A stretch of 18,400 nt of DNA. It comes from a virus (lineage: Duplodnaviria > Heunggongvirae > Uroviricota > Caudoviricetes). The notes beneath the pieces are model-generated. The model was not told where the DNA came from, ran no database searches, and was given only the letters and a program-made list of their open reading frames with translations. Shown in pieces: positions 15,845 to 18,400 of this stretch. The stretch covers positions 1-18,400 of IMG/VR virus record IMGVR_UViG_2718218131_000010; one strand, written 5' to 3'. Position 1 is the first letter of the stretch. The number at the start of each line of letters is the position of its first letter. The translations under genes and the position numbers were made by a program.

Positions 15845-16876
15845 ATGTCCAATTTACTGACCGTACACCAAAATTTGCCTGCATTACCGGTCGATGCAAC
15901 GAGTGATGAGGTTCGCAAGAACCTGATGGACATGTTCAGGGATCGCCAGGCGTTTTCTGAGCATACCTGGAAAATGCTTCTGTCCGTTTGCCGGTCGTGG
16001 GCGGCATGGTGCAAGTTGAATAACCGGAAATGGTTTCCCGCAGAACCTGAAGATGTTCGCGATTATCTTCTATATCTTCAGGCGCGCGGTCTGGCAGTAA
16101 AAACTATCCAGCAACATTTGGGCCAGCTAAACATGCTTCATCGTCGGTCCGGGCTGCCACGACCAAGTGACAGCAATGCTGTTTCACTGGTCATGCGGCG
16201 GATCCGAAAAGAAAACGTTGATGCCGGTGAACGTGCAAAACAGGCACTGGCGTTCGAACGCACTGATTTCGACCAGGTTCGTTCACTCATAGAAAATAGC
16301 GATCGCTGCCAGGATATACGTAATCTGGCATTTCTGGGGATTGCTTATAACACCCTGTTACGTATAGCCGAAATTGCCAGGATCAGGGTCAAAGATATCT
16401 CACGTACTGACGGTGGGAGAATGTTAATCCATATTGGCAGAACGAAAACGCTGGTTAGCACCGCAGGTGTAGAGAAGGCACTTAGCCTGGGGGTAACTAA
16501 ACTGGTCGAGCGATGGATTTCTGTCTCTGGTGTAGCTGATGATCCGAATAACTACCTGTTTTGCCGCGTCAGAAAAAATGGTGTTGCCTCGCCATCATCC
16601 ACCAGCCAGCTATCAACTCGCGCCCTGGAAGGGATTTTTGAAGCAACTCACCGATTGATTTACGGAGCTAAGGATGACTCTGGCCAGAGGTACCTGGCCT
16701 GGTCTGGACACAGTGCCCGTGTCGGAGCCGCGCGAGATATGGCCCGCGCCGGAGTTTCAATACCGGAGATCATGCAAGCTGGTGGCTGGACCAACGTAAA
16801 TATTGTCATGAACTATATCCGTAACCTGGATAGTGAAACAGGGGCAATGGTGCGCCTGCTGGAAGATGGCGATTAG
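15845..16876 (+). CDS. cre: Cre tyrosine recombinase
   Basis: 343 aa MSNLLTVHQNLPALPVDATSDEVRKNLMDMFRDRQAFSEHTWKMLLSVCRSWAAWCKLNNRKWFPAEPEDVRDYLLYLQARGLAVKTIQQHL... matches Cre; begins 418 bp after loxP. Confidence 0.98.
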   Translation: MSNLLTVHQNLPALPVDATSDEVRKNLMDMFRDRQAFSEHTWKMLLSVCRSWAAWCKLNNRKWFPAEPEDVRDYLLYLQARGLAVKTIQQHLGQLNMLHRRSGLPRPSDSNAVSLVMRRIRKENVDAGERAKQALAFERTDFDQVRSLIENSDRCQDIRNLAFLGIAYNTLLRIAEIARIRVKDISRTDGGRMLIHIGRTKTLVSTAGVEKALSLGVTKLVERWISVSGVADDPNNYLFCRVRKNGVASPSSTSQLSTRALEGIFEATHRLIYGAKDDSGQRYLAWSGHSARVGAARDMARAGVSIPEIMQAGGWTNVNIVMNYIRNLDSETGAMVRLLEDGD

Positions 16877-16893
16877 CCATTAACGCGTAAATG

Positions 16894-16910
16894 ATTGCTC
16901 TAATTCTTTG
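16894..16910 (+). promoter_or_regulatory. C1 operator-like site upstream of cra (ATTGCTCTAATTCTTTG)
   Basis: 13/17 match with intact ATTGCTCTAAT core; position corresponds to P1 Op2. Confidence 0.55.
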
Positions 16911-16926
16911 ATATTTATGGCGACAT

Positions 16927-17214
16927 ATGAGAAAGAATTTCAACATCGACGGAAAATATGTAGTGCTGTCAGTGAGCACTAATATTCAGTCGCCAGCCGT
17001 CATTGTCACTGTAAAGCTGAGCGATAGAATGCCTGATATTGACTCAATATCCGTTGCGTTCCCTGTCAGAAGTATGCGTAGTGCTGAACATTTCGTGATG
17101 AATGCCACCGAGGAAGAAGGGGGCACCTCAGAAAACGGAATCTATGGTCACTCCCGTTTTTGCAACACCGATTTTGACGACAAGTTGGCTTGCTTGAATC
17201 TATCCGGCGTCTGA
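16927..17214 (+). CDS. cra: Cra (C1 repressor-controlled function), by position
   Basis: 95-aa ORF immediately downstream of cre and a C1 operator, as in P1; weak RBS, so the start is uncertain. Confidence 0.6.
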   Translation: MRKNFNIDGKYVVLSVSTNIQSPAVIVTVKLSDRMPDIDSISVAFPVRSMRSAEHFVMNATEEEGGTSENGIYGHSRFCNTDFDDKLACLNLSGV

Positions 17215-17395
17215 ATGGGATTTTATTCCCGCGCCTTGATGAGTTCCGCGCCTGATGAACCTCCAGAAAATATACGGCTTCAATGAGCCTTTCCGTTTTA
17301 CAGGTTCCTCAACAGGCCGGTGGGCCGTTAGTATCATCAATATCAGTATTCGCAAAACCAGATCAGTAATTCTTTAAACCGGTGTATTTCTGCCG
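17215..17395 (-). ncRNA. candidate noncoding 3' flank of the IS110-family element (possible bridge/guide RNA region)
   Basis: 180 bp with no ORF between cra and the transposase stop; contains tandem CCGCGCCT(T)GATGA repeats (17229-17258); which IS end carries the bridge RNA depends on subgroup, which I cannot determine. Confidence 0.25.
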
Positions 17396-18400
17396 TTATG
17401 CTACATAAGTTTGCTGTCGTGCCGTTAGGGCCCAGGCTATTCTGGCCAGCTTGTTTGCCAGAGCACAAGTGACGACAAAGTTGCTTTTCCGGCACAGTAA
17501 ATCCCTGACCCAATCGGCCAATTTGCCAGACTGGTGTTCCAGTTTTTGTATGAATACCCTGGCACACTGAACCAACAAAGTTCGGATCTTTTTATTACCT
17601 CGCTTACTAATTCCCAGCAATGTCGTCCTACCTCCCGTGCTGTACTGCCGAGGTACAAGCCCTGTTGCCGCCGCAAAGTCACGGCTGCTGGCGTACTGCT
17701 TCCCGTCGCCAATCTCAGTTGAAATAGTACTCGCTGTCAGTGTTCCGACGCAGGGAATGCTCAGCAAGCGCTGTCCAACCTCATCTTCGTCCAACTTTCG
17801 TTTCAACTGGGATTCCAGATCTTTAATCTGCTCAACAAGATAGTGATAATGCTGTTGTAATTTCAGCAATAACTGGCTGAGGTAAAGAGGCAAACTATTA
17901 TCCTCAAGAATGGTACTCAGTCGGCTAATAACGGCAGCTCCTCGGGGAACGCTAATGCCAAATTCCAGCAGAAAAGCATGCATTTGATTGGTTGTTTTCA
18001 CCTTATCCTGAACCAGGGATTCACGGACACGATGCAGAGCCCGCATTGCCTGCTGAGATTCCGTTCTGGGCTGCACAAAACGCATAGACGGACGCGATGC
18101 AGCTTCACAAATAGCTTCGGCGTCGACAAAGTCGTTTTTATTGCTTTTAACGAACGGGCGGACAAATTGTGGTGATATCAGCTTTGGGGAATGCCCCAAC
18201 TCTTCCAACTTGCGTGCCATAAAGTGAGAACCGCCACAGGCTTCCATTGCGATGGTTGTAGCGGGGCATGTCGCCAAAAATTCGATCAACTTTGGCCGGG
18301 TAAATTTTTTACGGTAAACAGCCTTCCCGCGACGATCCTGGCAATGAATATGGAAAGAGTTTTTACCCAGATCGATACCAATGAGCGCAATGTTTTCCAT
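17396..18400 (-). CDS. IS110-family (DEDD) transposase/recombinase, 334 aa; start codon at the window edge
   Basis: N-terminal MENIALIGIDLGKNSFH (RuvC-like fold with IGID motif) and a C-terminal region typical of the IS110 family; resembles IS4321/IS5075-type enzymes from memory. Confidence 0.9.
   Translation of the reverse strand: MENIALIGIDLGKNSFHIHCQDRRGKAVYRKKFTRPKLIEFLATCPATTIAMEACGGSHFMARKLEELGHSPKLISPQFVRPFVKSNKNDFVDAEAICEAASRPSMRFVQPRTESQQAMRALHRVRESLVQDKVKTTNQMHAFLLEFGISVPRGAAVISRLSTILEDNSLPLYLSQLLLKLQQHYHYLVEQIKDLESQLKRKLDEDEVGQRLLSIPCVGTLTASTISTEIGDGKQYASSRDFAAATGLVPRQYSTGGRTTLLGISKRGNKKIRTLLVQCARVFIQKLEHQSGKLADWVRDLLCRKSNFVVTCALANKLARIAWALTARQQTYVA

Larger units (their letters stand above)
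17215..18400 (-). mobile_element. IS110-family insertion sequence (partial; continues beyond the right edge)
   Basis: Transposase gene plus flanking noncoding DNA; P1 has ref downstream of cra, so this is an insertion relative to the reference gene order; exact left boundary undetermined. Confidence 0.6.

Noticed and set aside
17289-17306. AAAACGGAAA (minus strand) resembling part of the Tn21-family 38-bp IR, which IS4321/IS5075 target
   Set aside because: Only about 10-13 nt of similarity; too short to call an IR remnant without alignment, although it would fit an IS1111-type target.
17437-18175. Small ORFs overlapping the IS110-family transposase gene on both strands
   Set aside because: Fully contained within the transposase reading frame region; no support.
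1-18400. tRNA, rRNA and CRISPR array scan by eye
   Set aside because: No cloverleaf-like candidates with a CCA-adjacent acceptor stem, no rRNA-like conserved blocks and no regular repeat-spacer arrays were seen; the known P1 tRNA genes lie elsewhere in the genome.

Overview
This window is the immC / lox-cre end of a P1-like temperate phage-plasmid, identified from protein sequences and sites read directly in the sequence. Left to right: a tightly packed 10-gene plus-strand operon of small accessory genes (ASCH-like protein, PF01555-type DNA methyltransferase, PD-(D/E)xK-like nuclease, several unknowns); hot (theta-subunit homolog); a divergent gene and humD sharing an SOS (LexA) box; the phd-doc addiction module; pdcA/pdcB; lpa; pacA with the pac site (4+3 TGATCA hexamers) and pacB; the C1 repressor gene c1 and coi with C1 operators; a perfect loxP site; cre; cra; and an IS110-family transposase gene running off the right edge. 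The most interesting features are: (i) an immI-like antirepressor module (C1 operator, structured RNA leader with repeated complementary loop elements, small coupled ORF, ORF6N/KilA-C antirepressor) sitting between pacB and c1, convergent on c1; (ii) the IS110-family insertion next to cra with a 180-bp noncoding flank that may encode a guide (bridge) RNA; (iii) a 16-nt translation-initiation junction repeated four times in the left operon; (iv) a 45-aa hydrophobic peptide gene divergent from a near-consensus promoter. All assignments rest on recalled protein families and P1 gene order, not on database searches.
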